DNA from: Alphaproteobacteria bacterium UBA3002
GTDB taxonomy: Bacteria > Pseudomonadota > Alphaproteobacteria > Rickettsiales > UBA3002
Length of the DNA: 64,000 nt
Assembly: GCA_002346425.1 (NCBI GenBank)
Contig: DDZS01000019.1
Location: forward strand, 4,860 to 68,859
Direction: 5' to 3'
This document shows, piece after piece, positions 10,639-22,576 of the stretch. Under the pieces are notes generated by a model that saw only the letters and a list, made by a program, of their open reading frames with translations, made no database searches and was not told the origin of the DNA. Position numbers and translations under genes: made by a program. Each line of letters opens with the position of its first letter. Positions within the stretch are counted from its first letter, which is position 1.

Positions 10639-10714
10639 GAGCCGCCGAGAGGCGCAAAGCGGAGCGTTTGCAGTAGGCAAATCGGAGCGCAAGTCTGCAG
10701 CGAAGCGAAAGACA
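10639..10714 (+). repeat. dispersed intergenic repeat, copy A (about 76 nt core)
   Basis: Hand alignment to 13835..13908 gives about 63 matches over 76 columns. Contains the conserved stem TTTGC-N5-GCAAA. Preceded by a 5-bp hairpin with an AGTA loop at 10615-10628. Confidence 0.7.
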
Positions 10715-10715
10715 T

Positions 10716-10743
10716 AAAAAAGGGCGGCACCGAAGTACCGCCC
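10716..10743 (-). terminator. intrinsic terminator downstream of the porin gene (possibly bidirectional)
   Basis: GGGCGGCAC-CGAA-GTACCGCCC stem with one mismatch. On the minus strand it is followed by a 6-T run (the A-run at 10716-10721). The plus-strand side has TTTCTATTTT. Confidence 0.75.
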
Positions 10744-10770
10744 TTTCTATTTTGACTAAGCGTCAGCTGA

Positions 10771-11877
10771 TTAGAATGCCAGCTGAGTACCCAGGATGAA
10801 CAGGGTGCCGTCGTTGTCGGCAGCCGCACCTGCAGCATCATACTCGTAGAAGCTCAGTTCTGCGTACGGAGTCAGGCCAGGAGCCAGTTTGTAATCCGCA
10901 CCGATTACGAGGTTTTCGAAATCGTTGTCGCCAGCAGCTTGTTCCAGAGTAGAATCAATCCACGTAGCAGACAGGCCGAACGGGCCATTTTCATAACCAG
11001 CACCCAGGGTGTAGTAATCACCTTCAGCACCGATACCAGCGCCTTGAACGCCTTCCAGATCAGCATACGAACCAGCTACTGAGAAGCCAGCAAAGCCCAG
11101 CATCGCACCAACTTGGTAAGCATCGATATCTTCGCTCAGAGTGTCGCCATCGCCAGTTTGGTAGTTACCAGACAGACCCAGCAGGAATGCATCGAACTGA
11201 CGCTCATAGCTCAGAGCCAGGTCAAATACGTCACCAGCTGAAGTGCCGATGTCAGAGCGAGATACAAACTGACCACGGTCGTTCAGGTCCGGAGTGTAAG
11301 ACACGCCCAGTTGGAACCCAGAAAAACGCGGAGAGTAGTAGTTGATTTTGTTAGAATTGTCAGTTGACTCATTACCAGAAGCGAAAGCAGAACCCAGTTC
11401 GCTTACGTTTTCAGGAGTCGCGATGAATGCAACGCCAGCCGGATGGTTAGCGAAGTAGTTCCAAGAACCGTTGATACCACCGGTAGCAACAGCCAGGTTA
11501 TCCGCATCGATGTTCATGGTAGCGCCAACGCCTTGGTTTGAGCCCAGCTCAAAACGGCCCCAGCCGCCATCCATGTAAACATACGTACGAGACGCATTCA
11601 GGCCTTCGTTATCTGCATCAGCAGTTACGTCAGCTTCCAGATCGATCACAGCACCGTAGCCCAGGCCATTATCAGACTTACCGTCTACAGAAATCGAAAC
11701 TTCTGTATCGTTACGGAAGCCGTAATCGCGCTGACCTGCGTCTAGATCGTCGTCGATGTAACCGGCTTGGAAGTCAGCAAAACCGCCAACGGTTACTTTC
11801 GGAGTCTGTGCAGAAGCAGACGCTGCGAGCAGCGCTGCACCAACCAGACCAGTTGTACCAAGAATAATATTTTTCAT
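10771..11877 (-). CDS. outer-membrane porin (beta-barrel)
   Basis: 368 aa. Signal peptide ending ASASAQ, alternating Gly/Asp/Tyr-rich beta-strand pattern, C-terminal LGTQLAF with terminal Phe. Codon usage is strongly biased, as in highly expressed genes. Confidence 0.85.
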   Translation of the reverse strand: MKNIILGTTGLVGAALLAASASAQTPKVTVGGFADFQAGYIDDDLDAGQRDYGFRNDTEVSISVDGKSDNGLGYGAVIDLEADVTADADNEGLNASRTYVYMDGGWGRFELGSNQGVGATMNIDADNLAVATGGINGSWNYFANHPAGVAFIATPENVSELGSAFASGNESTDNSNKINYYSPRFSGFQLGVSYTPDLNDRGQFVSRSDIGTSAGDVFDLALSYERQFDAFLLGLSGNYQTGDGDTLSEDIDAYQVGAMLGFAGFSVAGSYADLEGVQGAGIGAEGDYYTLGAGYENGPFGLSATWIDSTLEQAAGDNDFENLVIGADYKLAPGLTPYAELSFYEYDAAGAAADNDGTLFILGTQLAF

Positions 11878-12102
11878 AACTAGTGTCCTTTACTTTACAA
11901 GCACTTAAGTCGTTAGTTTACACATAGGTGCGAGGGACTTCCCCGCGCTCCATAGGCCCCTTATCGACGGAAACGTTCCCAGATGCAAGCGCTGCCAAAA
12001 TGTTTTTTCAGGAATCGTGATGCTTTGTCGAAGGGGTTGTGGCATATTGGCCACAAGCGTTGCAGGCTGGACGAAGCACGGGCTTTGTGGCTTTATGCCT
12101 TT

Positions 12103-12774
12103 ATGTTACAGTTGGCAAACACTTCTATTCAGGCGCGCCTGGAAGGCATTCAGGCAGCAATGGCGATGGCATGTCAGCGGGCAGATCGACCCACAATGCC
12201 AACACTGATTGCCGTTAGTAAACGTCAGCCGTTAGATAGAATTGAGGCTTTGTTAGCACTCGGACATCGGCATTTTGGTGAAAATCAGGTGCAGGAAGCG
12301 CAGGAGAAATGGCCGGAGCTGAAACAGCGTTACCCCGACATTGTTCTACATCTGATCGGACCCTTACAATCCAATAAGGTAAAGCAGGCTGTCGCACTCT
12401 TCGATGTCATCCATACCATTGATCGCGAAAAAATCGTCGATGCGCTCGTTCAGGAAACTAAGCAGCAGCCCCTACATTATCTCATGCAGGTAAATATCGG
12501 GGAAGAAGAGCAAAAAGCCGGTATCGCCCCTCAACAGGCGGAGACACTTTGGCAATATGCCGCTAGCAAAGGCCTCCTCTTAAGTGGGTTGATGGCCATC
12601 CCACCGGCGGGCGAAGCGCCCGGACCCTATTTTGCGTTGCTCGCGCAGTCTGCTCAGCGTCTAGCTACGCATGAATTAAGTATGGGGATGAGTGATGATT
12701 TTGAAAGCGCCATTCGGTTTGGTGCAACCTATATACGGGTCGGCACCGCGCTATTTGGGGAGCGCAATGCCTAA
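12103..12774 (+). CDS. yggS: YggS family pyridoxal-phosphate homeostasis protein
   Basis: The track ORF starts at 11983. ATG 12103 gives 223 aa with LIAVSKRQP (PLP lysine) and HFGENQVQEA, which is the typical family length. Confidence 0.85.
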   Translation: MLQLANTSIQARLEGIQAAMAMACQRADRPTMPTLIAVSKRQPLDRIEALLALGHRHFGENQVQEAQEKWPELKQRYPDIVLHLIGPLQSNKVKQAVALFDVIHTIDREKIVDALVQETKQQPLHYLMQVNIGEEEQKAGIAPQQAETLWQYAASKGLLLSGLMAIPPAGEAPGPYFALLAQSAQRLATHELSMGMSDDFESAIRFGATYIRVGTALFGERNA

Positions 12775-13574
12775 GCGACTAAATCCTGCTGCACCTCTTG
12801 CACTTTATCCAGCCATTGTGACGTCTGATACTCTTTCATCACCGCTTCAACATTCTGGCCGAATAAATAGCGGATCGTTTCGTTTACATCGGCATTGTCA
12901 GCCGGAGAAGTGATGGCGTCGGCCGGCTTGGGCTTGGGCGCAACCGCTTTCGCGCCATAGGGCATATCGGCTTTTACAGGTAGCTGCTTTTGCAGATTCA
13001 CGTCGGATGCCTTGGGCGCGGCTTGCAACATTTGCGCTTGGATTAATACGTCATCTAAAGAGGTCGGGGCGGTGGCAACCTTTTCCTGTAGCCAGGGCAG
13101 GGTGACCGGCGCTGCCGAGGCCACCGTGGTGCTTACTTTATCTTTGATCCACGGCAATTCCACCGGAGCCGCAGAAGCGACCTGTTGCGGTTTCGCCGAT
13201 TGCGCGGTTTCGATAACGGGCGCTTTAACCGGAGTTTCGCCAGTCACCATGGCAACGGCATGTTCGGCAACGGTGGCGCCGGATTCGGTTTCAATAATCG
13301 CATCAGCCCCGGCCACAGCCAGCCCGATGACGCCACCAAAGGCTGCGCCGCCCACAATCCGCGCTTCCGTAGCAATTTCATCGCCAGTGATGGCCCGGTA
13401 AATATGTCCTACCACCGGAATATGTTGCAGCGGGTTGATGATATCGAGAAAATCGTCAAAGCCAAAACCATCGCCACCCCAGCTGGTGTCGCGTTGCGCC
13501 GCTTGCGCCTTCTGCCCCTGCGGTAGCGGGTGGACGGTAATTTTCGTCGGTTGGCCAACGGTTTCTATACTCAT
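12771..13574 (-). CDS. hypothetical protein with a Gly-rich hydrophobic segment and two tandem 19-aa repeats
   Basis: 267 aa. DFLDIINPLQHIPVVGHIY, GGAAFGGVIGLAVAGADAII, and repeats VASAAPVELPWIKDKVSTT / VASAAPVTLPWLQEKVATA. No family recognised. Confidence 0.6.
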   Translation of the reverse strand: MSIETVGQPTKITVHPLPQGQKAQAAQRDTSWGGDGFGFDDFLDIINPLQHIPVVGHIYRAITGDEIATEARIVGGAAFGGVIGLAVAGADAIIETESGATVAEHAVAMVTGETPVKAPVIETAQSAKPQQVASAAPVELPWIKDKVSTTVASAAPVTLPWLQEKVATAPTSLDDVLIQAQMLQAAPKASDVNLQKQLPVKADMPYGAKAVAPKPKPADAITSPADNADVNETIRYLFGQNVEAVMKEYQTSQWLDKVQEVQQDLVA

Positions 13575-13834
13575 AACATCCTGCTTTTAATTTTTGTTAG
13601 AAAGACCTAAGCAAGCTTCGGGCCAAGATTTTTTTCACATCCGCGTTGCGTATGCTAGTGGCCGCCGCATTTTCTGCTGAAAATGCTTTGGCTGGTCGCT
13701 GGCGCGACGCTCTCGGCAGGCGCGAACGTCCTGTTCGCGCATCTTCATGTAAATAGTTTAGACGTGTCCTGCCGGCGAGGGGTGACAGTCTGAGCATTAC
13801 GATGGAGCGGGGACAGTACGTCCCCGCCAGCCAT

Positions 13835-13908
13835 GAGCCGCCAAAGGCGCAGCCGGAGTGTTTGCAGCAGGCAAACCGCAGGCCAAGTCTGGAGCGAAGC
13901 GGAAGACA
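13835..13908 (+). repeat. dispersed intergenic repeat, copy B
   Basis: Matches 10639..10714 (see copy A). Preceded by a 7-bp hairpin CGGGGAC-AGTAC-GTCCCCG at 13808-13826. Confidence 0.7.
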
Positions 13909-14002
13909 GAAACGTCTCTTAAAATTCTTCTACTAAAAGCCTTGCCTTTACAGCGCCTTTTGCCTAAGTTGCGGCGAAATTAATGCAGGACAACAGGGCA
14001 GC

Positions 14003-14554
14003 ATGTCTTTAAGCTATTCGGAAGCAAAGAAAATATCTGATCGCTACGCAAAAGCGGCCTATGCGCATGCGGCGGAGCAAAATGCGGTCGAGCCAGTGCT
14101 GACCGATTTCCAATCGCTCGCCCAAGCGGTACGTGATTCAAAAGATCTCTCACGCTTGGTGAAAGACCAAACCGTTTCGGAAGCAGAGAAGCTGGCCTTC
14201 TTTGATGCGCTGCTGGCGAAAGCCAATCCGGTTAGCAAAGCCATTGTGGCAATGTTGATTCGCAAAAAACGCATCGACCAGATTGGGCTGATTACCGAAT
14301 CCTATCAGCAACAGGCCGATGCCGCGCAAGGCGTGACCCCGGTTGAGGTGCTGTCTGCTAAAGAATTGAGCGACAAGCAGTTAAAAGAAATTGAGCAAGC
14401 GCTCGCTAAGGAAACCAAACGCGCGATTCGCTTAAGCACGCGTGTGAAGCCGGAACTCATCGGCGGACTGGTCATTCGGATGGCTGGACGTCAGCTGGAC
14501 GGGTCGGTTGCCGGCCAATTGAAACGTTTACAACAACGCCTTGCGGCGTCTTAA
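14003..14554 (+). CDS. atpH: F0F1 ATP synthase subunit delta (OSCP)
   Basis: 183 aa. First gene of the atpHAGDC order. C-terminal LIGGLVIRMAGRQLDGSV. Confidence 0.9.
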   Translation: MSLSYSEAKKISDRYAKAAYAHAAEQNAVEPVLTDFQSLAQAVRDSKDLSRLVKDQTVSEAEKLAFFDALLAKANPVSKAIVAMLIRKKRIDQIGLITESYQQQADAAQGVTPVEVLSAKELSDKQLKEIEQALAKETKRAIRLSTRVKPELIGGLVIRMAGRQLDGSVAGQLKRLQQRLAAS

Positions 14555-14578
14555 GATAAAGAGGTTAAGGAGAACACC

Positions 14579-16108
14579 ATGGATATTCGCCCTTCTGAAA
14601 TTTCCGATCTGCTGAAGCAGCACATCACCGATTTCGCCGACAAGGCGGAACTGGCTGAGACTGGTCAGGTGATCGCCATCAGCGACGGCGTGGCGACCGT
14701 ATACGGTTTGGAAAATGTGCAGGCCGGTGAAATGGTGGAATTCGAAGGCGGTGTGCGCGGCATGGCGCTGAACCTGGAAGCAGACAGCGTCGGGATCGTG
14801 GTGTTCGGTGAAGACCGTGCGGTGAAAGAAGGCGATACCGTCAAGCGGACCGGTGACATCGTGGACGTGCCAGTGGGCGAAGGCCTGCTTGGTCGCGTGG
14901 TCGATGCCTTGGGGAATCCGATCGATGGCAAAGGCCCGATCAAATCAGACAAACGCGCCCGCGTAGAAACGAAGGCGCCGGGCATTATCGCGCGTAAATC
15001 GGTCCATGAGCCGGTGCAAACCGGGATCAAGTCGATCGATGCGCTGATTCCAATCGGTCGTGGCCAGCGTGAGCTGATCATCGGGGACCGTCAAACCGGG
15101 AAAACCGCGATCGCCATCGATGCGATCCTGAACCAAAAAGCCGCGCATGAAGCGGGCAATGACGACGACAAAATTTTCTGTATTTATGTGTGTATCGGTC
15201 AAAAACGTTCGACCGTGGCGCAAGTGGTAAAGACGCTGGAAGAGCGCGGCGCAATGCAATATTCGATCGTTGTGGCAGCGACCGCTTCGGAAGCGGCACC
15301 GCTGCAATTCTTGGCGCCATATACCGGTACCGCGATGGGCGAATATTTCCGCGATAACGGCAAGCACGCGTTGATCATTTATGATGATTTGTCCAAACAA
15401 GCCGTGGCCTATCGTCAGATGTCATTGCTACTGCGCCGCCCACCGGGACGCGAAGCCTATCCAGGTGACGTTTTCTTCATTCACTCACGTCTGCTGGAGC
15501 GTTCGGCGAAAATGTCGGATGAAATGGGCGCGGGTTCACTCACGGCCTTGCCGGTGATTGAAACCCAGGCCGGTGACGTATCAGCCTATATTCCGACCAA
15601 TGTGATCTCGATTACCGATGGTCAGATCTTCCTGGAAACCGACCTGTTCTACAAAGGCGTGCGTCCGGCGGTGAATGTCGGTCTGTCGGTATCCCGCGTT
15701 GGGTCTTCCGCACAGCGTAAAGCGATGAAACAAGTTGCCGGATCGATTAAGCTGGAGCTGGCACAATATCGTGAAATGGAAGCTTTCGCGCAATTCGGTT
15801 CCGATCTGGATGCCGCGACGCAAAAACTGCTAGCGCGTGGTGAGCGTCTGACCGAGCTGCTGAAGCAGCCGCAATATTCACCGCTGCAAATGGAAGAGCA
15901 AGTCTGCGTGATTTACGCGGGCGTTAAGGGTTATCTCGACGATGTGCCCACGTCAAAAATTCAGGAATTCGAAGAGGCATTGCTGCGTGAATTACGCACC
16001 AATCGCAAAGATTTGCTGAGCACGATTCGTGAGCAGGCGAAACTGGATGATGAGATCGAAGCTAAAGTGAAATCCGCGATTCAAGCGGCGAAGAAACTGG
16101 TTGGGTAA
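14579..16108 (+). CDS. atpA: F0F1 ATP synthase subunit alpha
   Basis: 509 aa. Walker A GDRQTGKT. Confidence 0.98.
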   Translation: MDIRPSEISDLLKQHITDFADKAELAETGQVIAISDGVATVYGLENVQAGEMVEFEGGVRGMALNLEADSVGIVVFGEDRAVKEGDTVKRTGDIVDVPVGEGLLGRVVDALGNPIDGKGPIKSDKRARVETKAPGIIARKSVHEPVQTGIKSIDALIPIGRGQRELIIGDRQTGKTAIAIDAILNQKAAHEAGNDDDKIFCIYVCIGQKRSTVAQVVKTLEERGAMQYSIVVAATASEAAPLQFLAPYTGTAMGEYFRDNGKHALIIYDDLSKQAVAYRQMSLLLRRPPGREAYPGDVFFIHSRLLERSAKMSDEMGAGSLTALPVIETQAGDVSAYIPTNVISITDGQIFLETDLFYKGVRPAVNVGLSVSRVGSSAQRKAMKQVAGSIKLELAQYREMEAFAQFGSDLDAATQKLLARGERLTELLKQPQYSPLQMEEQVCVIYAGVKGYLDDVPTSKIQEFEEALLRELRTNRKDLLSTIREQAKLDDEIEAKVKSAIQAAKKLVG

Positions 16109-16114
16109 TCACGC

Positions 16115-16993
16115 GTGGCCTCGTTAAAAGACCTCAAAGTCCGCATCGGGTCGGTTAAAAACACCCAAAAGATCACCAAAGCGATGAAGATGGTGGCGGC
16201 GTCGAAATTGCGCCGTGCGCGCGAAGCGGCAGAGAATGCACGCCCCTATGCCGAGCGCATGGAAGGCATGGTCCAGTCGCTGGCGCAAAGCGTGGCTGGC
16301 AGCGATGATGCGCCTTTGCTGATGACCGGTACCGGCGAAAACACCCGTCATCTGGTGATTGTTGCTACGGCTGATCGCGGATTGTGCGGTGGCTTTAACG
16401 CGACCATTGTGCGTTCTACCCGGCAAAAAGTGAATGAGCTATTATCAGAAGGCAAGGAAGTCGCGATTTTCTGCGTGGGCCGCAAGGGTTACGAAGCACT
16501 GGTTGGCGAATACAAGCACCTGATCGTCGGTAAAATCACCGAACTGGCCAAGAAAACCGTGGGCTATGATGTGGCCGAGCGTGTGGCCGAGCAGGTTGTT
16601 TCGATGTATGAAACCGAAGGCTATGATGTCTGCTGGATTGTTTATAATAAATTCGTTTCCGCTATTTCGCAGGTGACCACCTGGCAGCAACTGATTCCGC
16701 TGGCGGTTGAAGATACGGCAGAAGCCAACAGCGCCTCCGCGCAATATGAATATGAACCGGACGAAGAAGCGATTCTGGCCGATGTGCTGCCGCGCAATAT
16801 CGCCATGCAGGTCTTTCGTGCATTATTAGAAAATGCAGCGAGCGAGCAGGGTGCGCGGATGTCGGCAATGGACAATGCAACGCGCAATGCGGGCGACATG
16901 ATCAAGAAGCTGACGCTGCAATATAACCGCACGCGTCAGGCAGCGATTACAAAAGAACTGATCGAAATTATCAGCGGCGCGGAAGCCGTCTAA
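16115..16993 (+). CDS. atpG: F0F1 ATP synthase subunit gamma
   Basis: 292 aa. N-terminus [35 protein letters not shown]. Confidence 0.97.
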   Translation: MASLKDLKVRIGSVKNTQKITKAMKMVAASKLRRAREAAENARPYAERMEGMVQSLAQSVAGSDDAPLLMTGTGENTRHLVIVATADRGLCGGFNATIVRSTRQKVNELLSEGKEVAIFCVGRKGYEALVGEYKHLIVGKITELAKKTVGYDVAERVAEQVVSMYETEGYDVCWIVYNKFVSAISQVTTWQQLIPLAVEDTAEANSASAQYEYEPDEEAILADVLPRNIAMQVFRALLENAASEQGARMSAMDNATRNAGDMIKKLTLQYNRTRQAAITKELIEIISGAEAV

Positions 16994-18438
<1,445 letters not shown>

Positions 18439-18439
<1 letters not shown>

Positions 18440-18834
18440 TGGCCGAAACCTTTCTTTTTGAACTGGTCACGCCCGAACGGCTAGCACTGTCTGAGCAGGT
18501 CGACATGGTCGAAGTGCCCGGCGAGCTAGGCGATTTCGGCGTGCTGGTAGGTCATGCGCCCTTCTTCTCGATGATCCGCCCCGGCGTGATTGCCGTACAT
18601 AAAGGCGACGCGATTGAGCGGTTTTTCGTGCCCGCCGGCTATGCCGAAGTCAATCCGGAAGGCTGCCGTGTATTGGCGGAACATGTGACCGCGATGACCA
18701 GCGCCACGCGCGAAATGGCGGAAGCTAAGCTGCTCGAAGCGCAGGAAAAGCTGGCCGGAGCGGAAAACGACGTGCAGCGCAAGCGCGCCGAAAAAGCATT
18801 GGAAGCCGCGCAAACCTTCCGCGATCTGATGTAA
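18439..18834 (+). CDS. atpC: F0F1 ATP synthase subunit epsilon
   Basis: 131 aa. Its start shares one nucleotide with the atpD stop. Confidence 0.93.
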
Positions 18835-18879
18835 CGCAGCGACATCGCCGATAGAATTCTTAGCCCAATTGCTTCAGCG

Positions 18880-21051
18880 CTAAACCAGCTGTAGCGGATC
18901 GATATCCACTTTAAGTTTGATGGAGGATGGCAGCTTTTGCGTTGCTAGCCATTGGCGTATTAATGGCTGCAGCCGTTGGTCGCCTCCGGCTTTCACCAAA
19001 ATCCGATACCGCCAGCGATTACGGCTACGCGCGATGAGTGCGGGGGCCGGGCCGAGATAACTGACGCCTTGCACGCGCGGCGCATGCCGCACCAACTGTT
19101 GCGCGGCGGCTTTAACCTGCACCTCATCGAATCCTTCGAGTAGAATAGCGGCAAGCCTGCCATAAGGCGGCCATCCCGCTTTTTGCCGCACGCGTAATTC
19201 CTGTTCCACAAAGGCAGGGCGATCGCCCACTTGCAAGGCTTGCATCACCGGATGCTCCGGTTGCGTGGTTTGCAGAAAGACCTGCCCTTCGATTGCGTCG
19301 CGTCCCGCACGTCCCGCTAGCTGATGCATCAGTTGATAACAGCGTTCCGACGCGCGCAGATCGCCGCCGAACAGGCCAAGGTCACCATCGACAATGCCGA
19401 CCAACGCAAGCTGGCCGAAATCATGGCCTTTGGCGACCATTTGCGTGCCGATAATGATATCGGCCTCGCCGCGTAGAATCGCGTCGATTTGTTGCGGCAA
19501 TTCGCCTTCGTCGCTGCTTAGGGTGACCAGCCGCGCTTGCGGAAATAATGCGGTGGCTTCTTCTGCTATGCGCTCCACGCCTGGCCCGCACGCCACAAGG
19601 CTGTCTTCATGGTCACATTCCGGGCAGGCGCTTGGTAGTGGCATTCGCCAGTCGCATTGATGGCATTGCAGGCGCGGTGGTTTACTATGCGTCACCATCC
19701 AGGCATCGCAATTGGGACATTGGAAACGATGCCCGCAGGTGCGACAGAGCAGGAGTGGGGCATAGCCCCGCCGATTGAGAAATAACAACGACTGATGCCC
19801 CGCGGCGAGCGTCTGCTGCAAGGCTCGGCGCAATGTCGGGGAAAGCCAGGAACCACGATCCGGTTTGTCCTGACGCAGATCGATCAGCTGCGGCGGAATT
19901 TCTTCAAAAGCCCCATGCCGTTCGCGCAACTGTATTTCCTGATATTTGCCCTGCTGCGCGTTGACGGTAGATTCCAGTGAGGGTGTGGCTGAAGCCAGAA
20001 TGATGGGGATCGCGTCTTCCTTGGCGCGCAGCACGGCCATATCGCGGGCATGATACAGCACGCCTTCCTCCTGCTTATAAGAGGCTTCATGCTCTTCATC
20101 GACAATCAAAAGGCGCAGGTTGCGATAGGGCAAAAACAATGCCGAGCGCGCGCCGACGATCACGCGCCCCGATCCGTTGGCGATCATCTGCCAGCTGCGT
20201 TTGCGTTGCGCGACGGACACTGAAGAATGCCACACATGCGGCGTAAACCCGAAGCGGGTTTCGAAGCGCTTCAGCCATTGCACGGTTAACAGAATTTCCG
20301 GCAGCAGGATGAGAATTTGCGCCGACGGCTCTGATAATGCCCGGGCGATCCGATCGAAATACACTTCCGTTTTGCCGGAGCCGGTAATGCCATCGAGCAG
20401 GAAGGGTTGGAAACCTTTTCCGCTGGCTAGAGTGTCGGCGGCCCGTTGCTGTTCGGGGCGGAGCTTTGGCGCTTCTCCAGTAATTGCAGGTTCGGGATTG
20501 GTTGCCATGAGCTCTACCGCCTGCAGCACGCCGCTGTCTGTCATCGCTTTCAACATGGGGGTAGAGGCATGGGTTAAAGACTGCAGGTGTTTTTTCTCTA
20601 GACTGGCTGAGCCGAGTGCCTCCACAATCGCTTGCCGTTTGGCGGGTAGTGGCGCATCCGGTAGCGTGCCCAGACGGTACCGCGTTTCGCGCACAGGTTT
20701 GCGCAATATGTCCGGCAGCGGCATCGCCATTTTTAGCATCAATCCTTTTGGTGACAGAGTATATGCCGCGGCTTTGTCGATAAAACTGCGCAAGGTTGCA
20801 GACATGGCAGGCCAGTCAGACAATGCTTCGCACACCAATTTGCATTTTGCGGAATCTACATGTTGCGTTCCCTCTCCCCAGACCACGCCAATCAATTCGT
20901 GTTTACCAAACGGTACCCGCACATATGCGCCGCTCGCCACGGTCATTCCTTCTGGCAGCACATAATCAAACGCCTGATCGAACGGTTTCGGCAATAATAC
21001 GGCAACCCGTTCACCGGGGCCAAACTTCGCCTTGCTTGTCTGCTGCGTCAT
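18880..21051 (-). CDS. priA: primosomal replication protein N' (PriA helicase)
   Basis: 723 aa. Walker [16 protein letters not shown] box, Cys-rich zinc region [16 protein letters not shown]...CHQCDW...CPEC. Confidence 0.95.
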   Translation of the reverse strand: MTQQTSKAKFGPGERVAVLLPKPFDQAFDYVLPEGMTVASGAYVRVPFGKHELIGVVWGEGTQHVDSAKCKLVCEALSDWPAMSATLRSFIDKAAAYTLSPKGLMLKMAMPLPDILRKPVRETRYRLGTLPDAPLPAKRQAIVEALGSASLEKKHLQSLTHASTPMLKAMTDSGVLQAVELMATNPEPAITGEAPKLRPEQQRAADTLASGKGFQPFLLDGITGSGKTEVYFDRIARALSEPSAQILILLPEILLTVQWLKRFETRFGFTPHVWHSSVSVAQRKRSWQMIANGSGRVIVGARSALFLPYRNLRLLIVDEEHEASYKQEEGVLYHARDMAVLRAKEDAIPIILASATPSLESTVNAQQGKYQEIQLRERHGAFEEIPPQLIDLRQDKPDRGSWLSPTLRRALQQTLAAGHQSLLFLNRRGYAPLLLCRTCGHRFQCPNCDAWMVTHSKPPRLQCHQCDWRMPLPSACPECDHEDSLVACGPGVERIAEEATALFPQARLVTLSSDEGELPQQIDAILRGEADIIIGTQMVAKGHDFGQLALVGIVDGDLGLFGGDLRASERCYQLMHQLAGRAGRDAIEGQVFLQTTQPEHPVMQALQVGDRPAFVEQELRVRQKAGWPPYGRLAAILLEGFDEVQVKAAAQQLVRHAPRVQGVSYLGPAPALIARSRNRWRYRILVKAGGDQRLQPLIRQWLATQKLPSSIKLKVDIDPLQLV

Positions 21052-21081
21052 GCGCTATTGCTAGCGCAAAGGAGCACGAAC

Positions 21082-21732
21082 ATGAAATTCTTTATCGACA
21101 CGGCTGAAATTGACGAGATTAAAACGCTGGCCGATTGGGGTATGGTGGATGGGGTGACAACCAATCCCTCACTGATCGCCAAATCTGGGCGCGATTTTAA
21201 GGAAGTGGTCAAGGAAATCTGCGACATCGTCGATGGACCGGTGAGCGCTGAAGTTGTGGCGACCGATGCTGAAACCATGATCAAAGAAGGCGAAAAGCTT
21301 GCTGCGATTGCAGAAAATGTGTGCATTAAAGTGCCGCTGACGGTGGATGGATTAAAAGCATGCTCGCATTTCCGCGCAAATGGAACTTTAGTGAACGTGA
21401 CCTTATGTTTCTCGCCGATGCAGGCGTTACTCGCTGCAAAAGCCGGCGCTAGCTTCATTTCGCCTTTCGTTGGCCGTCTGGACGATATCGGTCAGGATGG
21501 TATGCAATTGATCGAAGATATCTGTACAATATATGATCAATATTTGTATGAAACCGAGGTGCTGGTCGCATCCGTTCGCCATCCGGTACATGTGCTGGAA
21601 GCAGCACGCATGGGTGCCGATGTGGTGACCGTACCGCCGAAAGTGATTCATCAACTGATCAAGCATCCGCTGACCGATAAAGGTCTTGAAGCCTTTCTGG
21701 CGGATTGGGAAAAAACCGGCCAGAAGATTTAA
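21082..21732 (+). CDS. tal: transaldolase family 3B / fructose-6-phosphate aldolase
   Basis: ATG 21082 follows SD AAAGGAG (21068-21074). Gives 216 aa with [24 protein letters not shown] and the [10 protein letters not shown] lysine-region pattern. Confidence 0.9.
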   Translation: MKFFIDTAEIDEIKTLADWGMVDGVTTNPSLIAKSGRDFKEVVKEICDIVDGPVSAEVVATDAETMIKEGEKLAAIAENVCIKVPLTVDGLKACSHFRANGTLVNVTLCFSPMQALLAAKAGASFISPFVGRLDDIGQDGMQLIEDICTIYDQYLYETEVLVASVRHPVHVLEAARMGADVVTVPPKVIHQLIKHPLTDKGLEAFLADWEKTGQKI

Positions 21733-21827
21733 TCTGCTCCCCCAGCGAAGGCTGGGGTCCGGCAGCGGCGGGCGCCGCTGTGACAAGCCGCAGTGACATC
21801 CTTTTCTGTTTCCGCTAGACTAGAGCC

Positions 21828-22574
21828 ATGAACCCGGATGAACACATACTGGAATTAAGCGCTGAAGAGGTGAAAGCTTTTCTGAAAAGCCAGCCGGATT
21901 TTTTGCGCCAACACCCGGATATTTTGCAGCATTTGACGCCGCCGGAGCAAAAGCTCGGCAATAAAGTGCTCGATTTTCAGAGTTTCGCGATGCAAACCCT
22001 GCAGCATGACATGCAGGACCTGAAGGATAAATTCAACGGCCTTTTATCTTCCGCGCGCGACAATATGTCCTCGCAAAGCCAAGTGCATGATGCCGTGTTG
22101 CAATTGATGCAGGCAATGACACTGGAGCAGGTGCTTGAGGTGCTGACACAGGATTTCATGCGGCTGTTCGATGTCGATGCCGTGCGGTTGGTGCTCGAGT
22201 CGGAACTGGCGGAATTTTACGAATCAACTTATAGCGAAATCAATTATTCCGGCATTAGTTTTGTACCGCTGCAGACGGTCGATATGGCCCTTGGGATCAA
22301 CCAGACGGTGGCGCTGGCGGAAGACACGCATAAAGACCCGCCTTATGCCTATGAAGCCATTTTTATCGATTGCTCGGGCTTGATTCGTTCATGTGCGTTG
22401 CTGCGTATCCATCTACCGAAAATCCAGCGTGACGGGATTTTAGCGTTTGGTGTGCGGGAAAAAGGACGTTTCCATGCCAATCAGGGCACCGATCTGTTAC
22501 GTTTCTTAAGCGATGCCACCGCGGTACGGCTGGATCAGTGCCTGCACGAACACGAACTGGAAATGCTGCGCTGA
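21828..22574 (+). CDS. DUF484 family protein
   Basis: 248 aa. N-terminal VKAFLKSQPDFLRQHPDIL. This is the classical partner gene immediately upstream of xerC. Confidence 0.75.
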   Translation: MNPDEHILELSAEEVKAFLKSQPDFLRQHPDILQHLTPPEQKLGNKVLDFQSFAMQTLQHDMQDLKDKFNGLLSSARDNMSSQSQVHDAVLQLMQAMTLEQVLEVLTQDFMRLFDVDAVRLVLESELAEFYESTYSEINYSGISFVPLQTVDMALGINQTVALAEDTHKDPPYAYEAIFIDCSGLIRSCALLRIHLPKIQRDGILAFGVREKGRFHANQGTDLLRFLSDATAVRLDQCLHEHELEMLR

Positions 22575-22576
22575 GC

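Noticed and set aside
13597-13797. 66-aa minus-strand ORF in the long spacer upstream of atpH
   Set aside because: It is Arg-rich with no start context or homology-like motif, and it lies in a promoter/repeat region.
20177-20965. 262-aa plus-strand ORF inside priA
   Set aside because: It is antisense to a full-length, motif-rich PriA. Its Arg/Ser/Cys-rich composition is typical of shadow frames in GC-rich coding DNA.
21733-21827. Hairpins after tal (CCCCAGC-GAAG-GCTGGGG and CAGCGGCG-GGCG-CCGCTG) as a terminator or another copy of the dispersed repeat
   Set aside because: No U-tract follows either stem. Similarity to the 10639/13835 repeat is limited to short GC-rich words.
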